64,000 nucleotides of DNA from Balanoglossus misakiensis (taxonomy: Eukaryota > Animalia > Hemichordata). Positions within the stretch are counted from its first letter, which is position 1. The number at the start of each line of letters is the position of its first letter. A program made the translations under genes and the position numbers. The notes below the pieces were generated by a model that did not search any database, was not told the origin of the DNA, and worked only from the letters and a program-made list of their open reading frames with translations. This document shows, in pieces, positions 1-15,969 of the stretch. The stretch lies in assembly GCA_040954595.2 (NCBI GenBank), contig CM082576.2, positions 5,120,760 through 5,184,759 of the forward strand, written 5' to 3'.

Positions 1-1583
1 AGCGCATTGACCTCTCCATATGAAGGCAATGGTGACAGCGATGAATCAGTAAGCATTGCTGAAGGTGAGTTCTTATTTTCCATGCGGTAGCTCTGATACA
101 AGTTTTTATAGTATACCATATTGAATAGTAAGGTATGATAATGATAAAACATATTTTGTAAAGTTATGCTCATAAAACAGAGTGTATTTTTTATATATTG
201 TTGCCCTTTGGTTTGATTATTCAGTAAAGTAAGAACTGCATCCCAGTTCATAGATGTCAATCTGACTGGGCTGTGGTTTGCCTGAGTTTCACTATGTGAA
301 CACAGCTAAGTAATGTTTTTTATACACTGTGGAATAGTGTTTCATGAATTGTAATTTCTGACAACAGGTGACGAGTCTGAAGACAAGCCCTTTAGCAGCC
401 TGAACCTGGAAACTCTGAATTTGCCGTTTTCACTGAATTTCCCTCTGACCGACTCGGCTTTGAAACAGTTAGAAACTGTGACCAGTCTGTCTCTGCACGA
501 GTCCTACCTGCTACGCAGAAGAGATCTCCGCAAACACGATGTCATACACATATTTAAAAGACTGAAAAATGTGAAGAAACTTGATCTATCATGTAAGTGA
601 ATTCCCAGGGTTCATACTGTATTTGTTTTATGCACCCATCTGCTGGACCCGTACGACCACTGTCATTGGGTGGCATTCAGAATGGCAACATATAAGTTGG
701 TACATGTGACCATCATCATGGCTGAGTGAGTTTTGTCAGGAGTTGTGGGTTCAAGTCCAACCAGTTCCACTCCAGTGAAAATCCTACTCGTGACATTGTT
801 GACTTTTCCGTGTAATGAAATGTCGTACTCTGATTTCTTTATTACAGCTTCAAACTGTCAAAATGATGTGTTGGCAAACCTACCTCGCAGTGTTGAATGG
901 CTTGATCTGAGAGACTGCTACAGTGTCTCTGTGCTTGGGATCCAATCACTGGCAGAGATAGTCGGTCCTCAACTAAAGTATCTTGGACTAGCTCTCTGCA
1001 ATCGCCTGTCAGCGCCATTACTGTCGTCTTTCAGTAGACTCTTTCCCAATTTAGAGGAACTTGACCTTAGGTAAGTGGATTACCAAACAATGTATGTACC
1101 CAAACCCATTTTGTTTTTGTTGAATGATTATAGTTTTCATTTTCAAGCATGTGCAACACAATAGTGCATATCTATTACTCAACACAAGTTCTGGAAAATT
1201 GCATTTTTGAAATCAAATACATGCACTCTTTGAAAAGTAGTTAACCAAAACTCTTAGAAAGACCCAGACTGTCAGTTGACTTAAGGATATGAACCCAGGT
1301 CAAGTAAATGTAGTCAAGAAATTAGTGATATATTTAGGATTTATTTTATATTTCCAGGGTTGTCACAGTAATGCATGACCTTCCATGTCTTTTTTCCAGT
1401 TGTTGCAGAGCTGTCACTGTATCACACTTCAAGGTGTTTCTACAACTTGAGAAACTGCGCGTCCTGAGACTAGTTGGCTGTCCACAGATCACAGAGGAGT
1501 CCATCCAAAAAGCTAGAGATGAGTCAGAAAATCGAATTCTCATCACAGGACCCAAATACATCTACAAGCAGGACAGAAGATAG
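1..1583 (+). CDS. 3' part of a leucine-rich-repeat protein (F-box/LRR-like), truncated at window start
   Basis: GT-AG exons <1-64, 368-592, 848-1070, 1400-1583 join in frame to TAG. Cys-containing LRR units: VKKLDLS, VEWLDLRDC, LKYLGLALC, LEELDLSCC, LRVLRLVGCPQIT. Confidence 0.85.
719..770 (+). mobile_element. possible degenerate tRNA-derived SINE head
   Basis: A-box-like TGGCTGAGTGAG (719-730) and B-box-like GGTTCAAGTCC (748-758) in an intron. Spacing is too short for a tRNA and no cloverleaf is evident. Confidence 0.3.
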
Positions 1584-3031
1584 AAGTCCTGTCTGCCTGC
1601 TAGGCTCTTTAATTAAGGGTATACCCAAGGATTCAAATTGCTGTGCAACGGTTGCTAAGGGTAATTTTCATGAACTTGAAAAGACGTATGTTTTTCGCAC
1701 CATTGGCCAGTCACATTGCCAGCGATAGCAACCAACACATGCTTTGAATTCTTCAGTATTGCCTTAAGGGGTCCAAAGGCTGCCATATTTTCATAGGTAT
1801 AGTGGTCAACACCTATGATTGTTTATTGGTGGGTTAGGGCACGGTTACTAGAAAAGAGTGGTTAGGGTGACAGATAAAGAAACAGATATCATGGAAAAAA
1901 GTGAAGCAGAGATCTGTAAGTTAAATATGTATGTAACTGAAGCCAGACTGGACGTCACCAAAAAGGTTGAGGTGGCCATTTTGGGTGAACAAAATGGATG
2001 CAACTAACTGCTTGAGTTACGGTTAATAGTGTGTCAAAAATGTGCACCTTGGTTACTTGTGGAAAGATTGGTTTTTCAATATTTTCGCTCAAAAATTCAG
2101 AAAAATTAATCAAAGAATTTCAGCAAAGTAGTCCAGCCAACCAGTCTTAGTTTATGTGGCCAGGTAGAGCAAGTAAATCATGAACTAATGTTAAAAATTA
2201 CTCCAGAGCACATCTTAAATTTTACATATTTATCAACTACAAATATTCTATGAACTATGATTGTAACTGACAAACCTTTACAGGTTTCTTGCTCCAAAAT
2301 GATGGAATTTCACTACAGGATACCACCAGAAATACCAGGATGCAAGAGGATTTTTCATGAAGATGGCTATTTCCTCGAGCTTTAAGTCACTAAATGAATG
2401 GAATAGTGTTAGAAGAGAATTCAACACTCAATCATGTGTAAATTAAAATTTACAAAAGAAAAACTTATTTTACGTGCTATTCGTGATATGAATTAGTCTT
2501 ACTGAAGGGGAAAATCATTAGTCCAATTTTTTTATTTTTACTGCCAAGCCAGTTAAATGTGTGAGTCTGTTCTACAGCCAATGAGATAAGGAAATAGAGG
2601 CAGCCAATAAGTGAATGTGTACCATATGCAGACCTGAGGACACATAGACAGCCAATCATTGGAAGTGATTCATAAACTCAAGTCTAGCTATGCAGAGATG
2701 CAAATGTGCATTAGGAATTTAAATTGCTTGGACCATGTGTTTACCAGATGTTTCTTCCACTCCGAGTTCAAAGGATTAAAATTAAATTTCCTCATTCCTA
2801 TAAAAAAACAGGCTCAAAAATGTTCAAATAGATGTGTATTTAAAGACCATGAAAAAGACATGGTAATGTTGTAAATTCACTTAAAACATAATATATGTAT
2901 GGCATTAGACTAAAACGGATGATAATGCCGTTATAAACTAGATGTAAATGTATGTCTCAATTAAATAATTGTGTGTCAAATTAGCCAAGCTTAAAATCTA
3001 GAGATATTTATTGATGATATTGTTGTAGCCT

Positions 3032-3720
3032 TCTGGAATATTGTAGAGGTATTTTTGATAAAGTCAAAGATGAAAGATAGTCATGACTTTGCATTGCATT
3101 TAATTTAAGAAATTTATGCAAAACAATGCCCGATATTTCAGATATTAGTTTCCGTTTTGGCATTATACTTCAGCGGTCAAAGGTCAGTTGCTTGACTACA
3201 GAATGATAATTTAATTCACAGTTGTTGTTTTTCTGCTTACCACAACCAGATCATGAATTCCTCCCTGAAATGCAGTGGAAAAGATGTCTGAAATAAAATG
3301 ATTATGAGGTACTTGTTGGGTGGGAATGTTAGATTGTACTCTGGAATAGTGTATAGGGGTAGGTATCTTTGAAAAATTTAAAGATGGAGGATAGTCATGC
3401 CTTTGCATTTAATGTGAGAAAAGGCTTTATTGGTAATTCACTATAGTTTTCCCGAAAAAAAAAAATGAATTCACTGTAATTGAAATTAGTTAATAATTGG
3501 TGTGAGATATTGACATATTTTTGCTGCTAGTTTCAGTCATGGCATTATTTTCAGAGGTCAAAGGTCAGTTGCTGATCTTCAGTAGATCACAGTTTTAAGT
3601 TCACAGAGTTTCTTTTTCTGCTCGCAACCAAATCATTAATTTCTTTCCGAAATGCAGTGGAAAAATATCTGAAATAAAATGATTATTAGGTACTGCAGTT
3701 TGGGAATTTAAAATTGTACA
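3032..3720. repeat. diverged tandem duplication (two ~310-380 bp units)
   Basis: Shared blocks recur: GATAGTCATG..TTTGCATT (~3076, ~3390), GGTCAAAGGTCAGTTGCT (3175, 3556), GAAATGCAGTGGAAAA..TCTGAAATAAAATGATTAT..AGGTACT (~3267, ~3649). Confidence 0.8.
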
Positions 3721-5768
3721 TGTGCAAATTCTACTTTTGAAGTATAACGGTGTAACCATGATATTTTTTTTTGTATTCAGTCACAGTTCTTCACAGACTG
3801 TGAGTCAATCATGATGATGATGATGATGTAAATTTGCCTTTCTGTCTATTTTGGAAAATGTTGTGAACTTTACTAGTCTAGAATTGAGCCTCAGCGCTCA
3901 GGTAAAGCCTTTCTTCTGATCCACAGCACAAATTGGATTTTCAAACCAGATTATAAAACCAACCCATGGGAAAATGTGTTACGCAGTGGGGTCCCATTGA
4001 AGTCTACCCCAGATTTCAACTTCAACTCCAGATGTTTGCATGTACATTTTGTAGTCAAGGCACTGCTGCTGTTTACAACACTGCCCACCTTGACTATAAT
4101 CTTGTCCAAGTTGAAGATTGCTGTATGTGATTGAATTGAAAGGGGGCACTTTGCTGTATTTCTCTATGGTCGAGTGCTCCTTTCATTCTACTTTGAAAAT
4201 CTTATGTGCACTGCTAAATGCCAGAGAGACTTTCCATGAATGCCAGGCTCGATTCCTGACTAGAACCTTACTGGTTTGGCCACAGCTACATTTGCAATTT
4301 GTGGCCCATTCCACGATTAGCTACTTGTGTGAAAAAACTTTGAATTTTGGGAATGTTCTATTTATACTGAAGTAAGTCTCTGGGGATGCATTTATCATCT
4401 GAAAAACACATGTGTCCCACTGTCATTGATGCATACCAATTCGGTGATCAAAACGCTGACTGTGTGTAAATTGTTTCAAAATATATATCTGACAAGCAAC
4501 TTGTAATAAAAAAAATAATTCCCAAAGTGGAAGTGGTGTTTTTTGGGCCAAGAGCATCTAGTCGCTCTAAGCAGGTGATTGATAATGGTGCATCTCTGCA
4601 ATCTGTATGTTAGGCAATCAATAATGTATGCAATTCTAAGAAAAATTGTGGAGTTTCGAATTGTGCTTTGTAGTATGGAATCTCCAGCGTTCCTCCCACC
4701 CCAGACCCCACCATCCCCTTCTCTGCAATATTAGTTTGATACATCACGAGATGCGTGCTAGCGCCCTCTGTGTCACGAAACAATATTCTTTCTACTCGGT
4801 TTCATAGCCCACAGAAAAAGTACACATACTATATACGTTGATAGTATATTTTATTGCATAAAAATTACAAAAATACGGTGATTCTCACACGATAGACATG
4901 TATAATAATTTCAGCAACAGACATCGTTTGTGGGGAGATTGATTTTGTTGGTCGAAATCCTTTGCATGGCACGAAATTATTATGCATGAGCAAATTTCCA
5001 ATGAATACTTCATAAAAGTTACAGGTACTCTAGCACCTTGAACCATAAGCGTATTACATGTACTAAGAAATCGAGAAACCAAGGGACCCCCCCCCCCAAA
5101 AAAAAAAAATATCTCGACGTGTGCAATACAGCAAGAAGGAGCTCCAACTTAGTTGCTAATTTGTAAAACCGTGTCAATGCACCCAAATCAATAAATATGC
5201 AAATATACGCAGTTCATGGACGGACTTGCGCAGTGAGTTCAAAAATTTAACTGCAAAATACATAATACTGGTGAAACAGACTGAAAACTTCTCAAATTTG
5301 TTGGACGGCACAATATGTAGATTAGCTTCTACTGCAGCATGAACAAACTGCATTGCGATTAAAAACCACTCCTTAATACTGTCCAAAATCCATGGCAACC
5401 AAAAATCCATATGCACATCTATGCATGTAAATTTTTAAAAGAAAGTGATCCTGTTTCAGTGAATAAATTGTTAACACAATAACAGGTTAAAAGTTCCTGT
5501 ATCACGTCTACATGCGAACATTGACGCTACCAAACTTGCCTATATTTTGGCAGATCCGAGAAAAGACAGAATATATACATGTACATGTTATAGGCTAGAC
5601 TGGGTCATCCGACTTTGTACACAGAGATTGATTGATGTTGACCGAATTCACTGGCAGTTGATCCAAACTATCGCAAACTTACATTTAAAGTCACATTATA
5701 TCCGTGAGATGTCATAAAATTGTAGACAAGTGCCTGGTTTAGTTGGCGATGTTATGACGTCAGCGTGC

Positions 5769-8700
5769 TCAGTTGCGAGGTGCGTTTCCAAGTCCGAGGA
5801 ATGTACGATACGACCCGAATGTGTATTTGGACGATCCTGTGGGTTGAAATAAATTGGCAGTATATTAAAGAACGTGTGAGGGTTGACAAGTTCGGGATCA
5901 GAGCATTGTCAGCCATAGCTGTTGTACTAGAGCTCTGTTGGTACCATTTTGATGGGTTTTGCCCCATTCTTAGCTGGTTTTGATAACGACGGCTTATTGA
6001 CGCCATTGCATATCATTGTATTGTATTGTATTGTGTTGTATTGTATTGTATTGTATTGTATTGTATTGTAGTGTAGTGTATTGTATTGTATTGTATTGTA
6101 TCGTATTGTATTGTATTGTATTGTATTGTATTTGTATACTTGTACTTTTACATTGCATCTACTCACGCGTGAGTGGTTTTTGTTCCTCAAGCCAAAATTT
6201 GAACCCTTGTTTGGCGTGGAAATTGTAGTAGTTACTTCGCCAGTTGACAGACTTGGCCCTCGAGCTGTAAACATCATCCAAGTTCTTGTTGCTCGCCGCT
6301 GAAATTCGAAGGAATGATGATGTCATCTCAGGAATTTACTGAGAAGTCTCACCGGAGAGTACACTTTCCATCATTAATTTGAGTACGTCTGTTTTTGTTG
6401 TTGTTTGTTCGTTTGTTTTGTTTCAAAAATGTTTATAATTATGCAGCTAGGTATGTCAGATGCTTTTATGTACTATTTTATATTCTAAACATGACATAAT
6501 TAAGCTTTATGATTCAAATATGATAACAATAAGATTCACACAGTGATGTTAGTAAATAAATCACCAACCGCATGCATGAAGTATTAATATTATATCATTA
6601 TATTAAACATGCTAAAACACGAAAGCTGCTTCTGCGCAGATAAACAAGCAATAATACTAGTATGCAAGCCAGTGAACTATTTGCACAACACGCTGGAAGA
6701 AAACACAAAACGTCTTGAGCTACGACATCACCAGACGACACAAGACAGCACAGAAATTCAAAAGCGCGCGGCTTGAATAAAGTTCGCGGGCATGTGCTAC
6801 AAGTGGTGTTGTTAGTCTAACCATAGACAGTAGAACTTCATGGTCTAACATGTATGCGTGCTCTGCAACTTTTTTTTCACCACCGGCACGTATACATGTA
6901 TATAGGCCTATACTAAATGCATGGATCTTGGGATGGAAAATGGCCAACGTTGACGTGGGGAGGGAGCAGGGTGAAATTTTGGGTCACACAACCAGAGCAG
7001 CATGAAGGGGGGGGGGGGGCTAGCTAGGAGTTCTCAAGGGCAACTTTTGTCACCTTGCATTGCTTCATCAGTCTCGTCGGTGATCATTGGTGGTAATCTC
7101 ACGAGATCTCGTTTCACAGTTGGCTCTGTAAAATCATACAAACAGACAAACAAAACGAACATTGAAACAGAAAAGACACATAACCGGTATCTTGGATGAG
7201 ACATGTACCTGTACCAGGGTAAACTCCTCTTCGTCCTTCGCCGACTTATAAAATAGAATAGGATAAAAATGTCCCAAAACGTACACTAGAAAGTTTAATT
7301 CCTGGGGCCCTCACAGTTTTCCCTAAATATATGTCGAGTAAGAGGGACAGCAAGAAAGGCGAACCAATCGTTGACATATTTATTTCTTATCGAAACTGAC
7401 TTTGTGCCCATAGTTTCATACCTACCTATAGGCCCAGAATGAGCAATTATTCGCGCCAGCAGTTAATTCGCGTCAATGTTACTGTTGCACAGCGCCACCA
7501 CGACACGCAGCAAGAATGTCTAGCAACGCACACAACACAGATCGCGATATCGATCGGCTGATACAAGACAATACATGCTTTGTTAACCACGGCATTATCT
7601 AATGTGACCATGCACCTATACTGTATGGAATATCGATTAGACGGACAAACACGCTCAATGTATTACAGAGGTCATGCATGCGGATAACAACTGTACACGG
7701 AGTTGTTGTTATCTGACCATTTGAATGAACGTACGAGTGATAAAGTTTAAGTATAATATTTAGAACACGACATGCAGATTTTAGACAGTGCTTGTAACTT
7801 TGGGTATTTTTTTCTGCGAGTATTTTTGTTTGTTGCGATGTTGTTATGACCAGAAAATTGCCTGGGATGAATGTCGGGCGAACATGTGAACGTGTGTATT
7901 GTATGTGGGCCTTCAAATATAATTTGAAAATCATAAACACCTTTTACAAAATGGCGTTTGTTCCATGGAGGTAAAACCTGGTGATTTTAGCGAGGAGAAT
8001 ATACTGTCATGACATGAACATTGTGACAAAACATCAAAAGTTACAGCTACTGTCGGATCCCCTTTTTAATATTTCACCGCATATGAAGTAATTTAAAGTC
8101 ACACATTTTAAGTTTGCATTTTAACATGGTTTTTGGCAAGATTGTACATTTACTTACTGTAGGCCGACCACTGACGTGGTTCCATCTTCGGTTCTGTTTC
8201 CCAGGGCAGATGACAATCGAGCGAGCGCGTTTTCAAACTCTGAGCTTTCATTCTCGGTTCCAGCTGTCTTGGGGTGGTGTCTTTGGTCGCACGACCTGCA
8301 TAGATCGGGGGAAACATCTGAAAGGAAAATCTCGAAGTTAAAACATATACAAACATTTCTCCAAACTCTATAGACTGTTAGCTCATTTCTAGAACATCAA
8401 TTTACACATGATTTCTCTGCTCTAAAATGGCATAGAAACTGATGTGATTATCAACAGACTTGCGCTGTGCGATGCTGGAATTCGAGAAATAGGGACTCAG
8501 TGCTTTCGGATGTTTGATCCATTAAGTGTTTGGTGATTGATTATTCTTTGCTAATTATGGATAATGGCATTGAAGTGTCTGTCATACTTATGTGCATTTA
8601 TTTTGTGTTACAATGTCATCAAGTCCTCAAATCGATCTCTATGAAATGAGAGGCCACAAAGGAAACATAAATGACCAGTATCTCTACTTTTTTGACGGTC

Positions 8701-11700
8701 ATGACATTTTACGTTGAAATTGAGGCAATTTACAATAAAACAGCTGGTACAAATCACGTTCCCTTACCGGTGTAGCATATTTCATTGGCATGCCATTCAC
8801 CATCGTTGTCTGGGGTAACCATACTTCGTTGTTAGGGATACCATTAGCCACCCAGTTTGGGAGGTTGCCATAGGAAACCCTGTAGAGTAGAATGTCGAAA
8901 TGATATTGAGCATTATAAATAAAAATGCGCATGGGTCTGCTGATGGAGATTGTGTATAAGCAATTTGCAGAGAGACAGAAGGGATATGCCTTTAGAAAGA
9001 CAGAAAGGCCTGAGAGAAAAACAGAGGTACAGTCTGACAGTCTGTTTCAAAAATATCTGTCTTCATGTACATTGACCCTAAAGAGAAAGATAGATGTCAA
9101 GTTGTTTTGGTGTTGAAATTATTCATGAACTCCTAATTTATGCTACTGTTTTTCGTTCATTTTGAGAAATAAAAATCGACGTCTGCCGAGTTTGTGGTTT
9201 ATTAATTCTCAGCAATGGCAGCAACACACGGACGACTTCGAACCAACCATGACGTCACGGTGACAAGCAACCGCGAGTGACACGAGGTGAACCGCGGAAC
9301 AAGACGTGCTCATCAGCAGTACACGATCGTCTCTTAAAATTCGATTCGGGTCACAAAGGATGGGTTATGGTCGTACAGTTATTGTCGTCTGCGTTCCTTA
9401 GTAACCTAATTACACGAAGGAGGTAACTGTTGAACACGTTGAAAGACGTTTTCAGTCGTCCAAAAAGTAAACACAGGTGCATTGTAGTACTAGAGATCTT
9501 GCAGCTCACATAACAAGCGTTTCAATGAATTGGTTCTTTGGCAGTTTTGGGTTTTGTGTGATGCATTGAACGGTGCGTGTTGTCTGCTGGAACCCGAAGC
9601 GGCTCGGGGTCGACAAGGACGCGGATCCTAGCGATGCGAAGTACGAGTGTGCCAAGTAAATGTAAATTCATTTTACCATCTTTTTGTTAGGTTTGTAGCT
9701 GTATGAGAATTCTAACGTCTAGTGCCATGCATGTTGAGCTGAAGACAGAATCCTGGAATCCTGGAGATATACAATGCCGCGCCATCAAGTAGAAAAAATG
9801 AACCCCATGCCACTTTGCAAAAAAATTACTCCTTCGAGGTAATCGTGAACAAACATGTGTCTCAACAATTATGCTATAATTTGCTTCAGTTTATTCTTGA
9901 GCAAACATTCGATAAGACCTCGCCATGTCTCCTCCCCCGCTCAACAAGTGGTTACGCGTACGTAGACATACTTCGTGAGTCAGGGTGGCGTACTGAAAGT
10001 TTCTGTTTGGTAGCCAGCTAGATATATTGACTCATTCATATAATAGTGCTGTTGTAACAGTGCCCCGATGAAAGAGGGGTGTGTGTGGTAAGCAAACACC
10101 GCTGCAGCTAGACTTGGAGACTGTAAACAAATAAGGGAAAAAAGGTCTGTTCTATTTCGGACTCAGCAAGCCAGTTTACAAATCGGATGAAGGAAGGTTT
10201 GAACGATTGACATTTTGGACTGAACTCCAACGAATTGTTCACGTCGTCTCTGTTGCTGTACTACAATGCCATCGGCCGGCCGCCCGGCAGGCAAAAAAGG
10301 ATCACGATTCTTCTTTTGTAACTGCGCATTTCATCACTTTTTAATAAGAGGTGTAAGTATTAAGATGTAAATGTAGTCAATTTAATATCCCAGGTTAATT
10401 AGCGAATGTTCGATATTAAATCAGGAAGGAGGCCGCTGGCATTTATGGTGTTAACCACGGGCTGAATCGGTAACAACGTTTTCTGTTCACTTATTAGGAC
10501 ATCTGTAGGCCCTATTACATTATACTGTTGCTATCTAAGTTGGAATAAAATTCTTTATTATCCCCCAAAACGGTTCAATACGCAACAATCATTGCACATA
10601 GCTGACAAGAGACCTTTGCTCACTGTTTCGTATTTTCACTGGATGTTCGGCCTGTATAGCTGCACTGTTGCCCAAAGTTCAACAATTAACTGGATCGACG
10701 TTCTTTCACCCCAACGGAGGCATTTCGGGTGGCCATTGAAAATAAATAATTCGCAAATAATGCCACACAGACATTCCTTCGTTGGCTTTTGACACAGACA
10801 AGCGATCTTTGCCAAACCAATAGAGGCGCATATATGTAATTACCAATAACAACAGTCCAACAAAAAGTCCACGACCGCGCGATCGATCATGTCGATACTG
10901 AATAGCACAGCTGCAGGTCTCGTGAAGGCAAGGTAAATTTAAAAAAAATGCTAAAGCACTATTTCGAAAAGGTTGTCTCGAGACAGAACGTTGTAAGGAA
11001 AGTTGAGTCGTATAGAAAACCAGCTGCAGGGTAGCTATTCCAACTCACGGCGTCCACTTTGTAAAACACGTTCTAGATCCATTTGAATTATTTGTCAGCT
11101 TTTATGAACTATCGTGATAAAAAAACTCGTTGAATGAATTTATGGTTTATAGTCCGTCTGACGTGGAATCATTATGATGAAAACAAATAACATGCGATAA
11201 CAAACAAGTCAGGCGCAATAAAAGCCACCTAAATACAAAGGGCATTTTATGTGATGTGAAAAAAGGGCAACAAACTGCTAATGACAGCTCACACAAAAGT
11301 TGAAAGACGACGTGTGCGCAAGATGGCTCACAGGTGAAAATCGTGATAAAGCGACGGGTCATCGCGGTTTGAAAATAAAGAACCGCAGGTGTTTTTGTTA
11401 GAAATGGGAAATCGGTTGTGGGCGAGAGGGATACTCATTAAAAGCTTCAATAGAGCCAAACTCATTTTGCTGACATGAATAATAAATGACGCTTGTTAAC
11501 TTAAGTGTCTCTAGACGAAGTGAACGATTGAGTCGTGTTTATGGGTACACTCATGTTAAAAATGTCTATTTCTGGTTAGTCACGAAGACGTTTCGCGTCA
11601 CACCGGACTAAAATGTAGGCGGAGAAACGAGAGACTTCAAATGCAGGCCGTACAGCTAGACTTGACACAGTAAACAACGTCGTCGCTTTCTGTCCACAAC

Positions 11701-11797
11701 ATTATAGAAATATCTATACACTCTTCTCGTGCGAAATTTGCTACTGTCGACATATACAGGTCCCTTACCTTTCGTCTAACACTCCCTGTGCAGCCAT
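5769..11797 (-). CDS. uncharacterised 7-exon protein (~202 aa), family not recognised
   Basis: Exons 11797-11769, 8879-8768, 8317-8158, 7244-7209, 7125-7054, 6298-6167, 5836-5769 have GT-AG ends and compatible phases (2,0,1,1,1,1). They give 609 nt from ATG to TGA: MAAQGVLDERVSYGNLPNWVANG...MFPPIYAG...LVRLPPM...GFKFWLEEQKPLTRSSKYTFGSYRTFLGLGNAPRN*. There is an in-frame stop upstream of the ATG. The 36-nt exon is the least certain. Confidence 0.65.
6016..6135 (+). repeat. (TTGTA)n pentanucleotide microsatellite
   Basis: ~120 bp of near-perfect TTGTA/ATTGT units, in the last intron of the uncharacterised gene. Confidence 0.97.
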
Positions 11798-12231
11798 TAT
11801 TCTGTCTTTGGAGTTTCCAAAATTTCAGGATCCTGCTGCAGGTGGCCGCTTAACAGTGCAGTGAACAGCCCTCGACAATATCTGCGCTGAATCCCCAAGT
11901 GACGTGCGGACGGTCTCACTTAACACGTAAAGCGTTCACCGTTACCTTGGTTTCAACGCCGAGACAGGTGTATTGTTTGGCCTGGACTGCCTACTCGAGA
12001 CAGGATTATACCATTCTGCCGAGGGGGTAACGGGACCATGAAGATGGGACACGTGTACGCGGATATTAATACAAATCATGTATGATTGATTGATTTCGTG
12101 GCCCAAGAATCAAGACACCAGGTACGAGCCGGGATACGGGCGCGAAGTGCTACCGTAAATTAAGCCACTAAAACTGACGGAATATACACTACTAGTATAT
12201 ACCATGAGTTGTTGAATTAAGTATAGCTCAG

Positions 12232-12840
12232 TTCATGCATTTGTAACGTCTCATTTAGATTACTGTAATAGTCTTTTGTTTGGTATCCCGAAGGGACATC
12301 TAGCTCGACTTCAGTCTCTACAGAATGCTGCGGCGAGGCTAGTTACTCGTACGCGCAAGTCCGATCATATCACACCCATACTCAAAGATTTACACTGGCT
12401 ACCGGTAGAGGCCCGCATCAGTTTTAAAATTCTCTTGCTCACATTCAAATGTATCAGTGGTAAGGCACCCGCCTATTTGACTGATCTTTTACATTTATAT
12501 GTACCAGCTCGAGAACTGCGCTCTAGTGTTCAATTCTTTTTAACTCATCCTCATGGTAAATTTAACAAAACCTACGGACAGAGAGCTTTTTCAGTTTGTG
12601 CGCCCATTTTATGGAACAATTTACCCCTTGATATCAAAACCGCCAGAAGTGTCAATATTTTTAAGCGTAATTTGAAAACATACCTTTTTACTCGGTTTTA
12701 TGTGTAACGTGTTCGATTGTGTCCTTTTAACTATTTTTACCAGCCTTGTATTTTTTAATCTACTCTTTTAGCTATGTACAATGCGCTGAGACGTATGTGT
12801 AGCGCATTTTAAACAATTCTTAATAATAATAATAATAATA
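12232..12840 (+). mobile_element. 5'-truncated non-LTR retrotransposon (L2/CR1-group LINE 3' end)
   Basis: The ORF reads VHAFVTSHLDYCNSLLFG...LQSLQNAAARLV...DHITPILKDLHWLPV...GQRAFSVCAPILWNNLP...FKRNLKTYLF*, the typical ORF2 C-terminus. It is followed by a 3'UTR and a (TAA)n tail (~12821-12842). ATAGCTCAG flanks both sides (12223-12231, 12841-12849). Confidence 0.92.
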
Positions 12841-13502
12841 ATAGCTCAGAACAGAACATTTATTAAAACTGAGATATTAACCAGGCTGCAGTAGAGAGCA
12901 CTTGAGGTTATCAGTGTGAAGTTTGGAGGGGGAAAAATTACTTCATGCAATATGTTTCTTTTTGTGTGATTTTTATGCTCAGCTATTATATTTACAATGT
13001 ACATGCATGTATCTGGATTCTTTGAAACGAATCACTGTGCAATGCGTTATGCAACACAGAGGGCGCTCTACACTTCTGACTGATGGGTCATTGTGCTTTG
13101 CTGGTTCGGTTCATTTTATGAGACTGAAAAAGACATGACCACGTTCTTAGGAAAGAAAACATGAAGAGTTTTATTCACTGACAACATGTACAAACTACAT
13201 GTGTTTAGCATCATCACATTTGGTGCAATGATCTTGAAATTACACAAACCTATAACATCACTCAGTACGAGACATTTTAAATCTCAAGTCACAATGCTAC
13301 TACCTGTAGTCTTTGTGTAAGAAGTTGACGCGGAAAAGAAGAGTGTATTAACTGTACTGCTTAATCAGCAGGTTTGACAGAAAAAATTACGACAGATGAT
13401 AGTAAATTGGCTTATTTACGAAACCAATAATGCTACCCAAAAACAACAACATTTTTTTCAGTCCACAAATAATCTAGGTGATTCTAGGTAGACACTGGAA
13501 TT

Positions 13503-15969
<2,467 letters not shown>

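Noticed and set aside
5927-6302. ORFs with YNTIQ / YCIVL repeats
   Set aside because: They are translations of the (TTGTA)n microsatellite.
6353-6388. Phase 1-1 36-nt micro-exon candidate (DVLKLMMESVLS) for the orphan gene
   Set aside because: The acceptor lacks a pyrimidine tract and the downstream intron would be only ~54 nt, so it was left out of the model.
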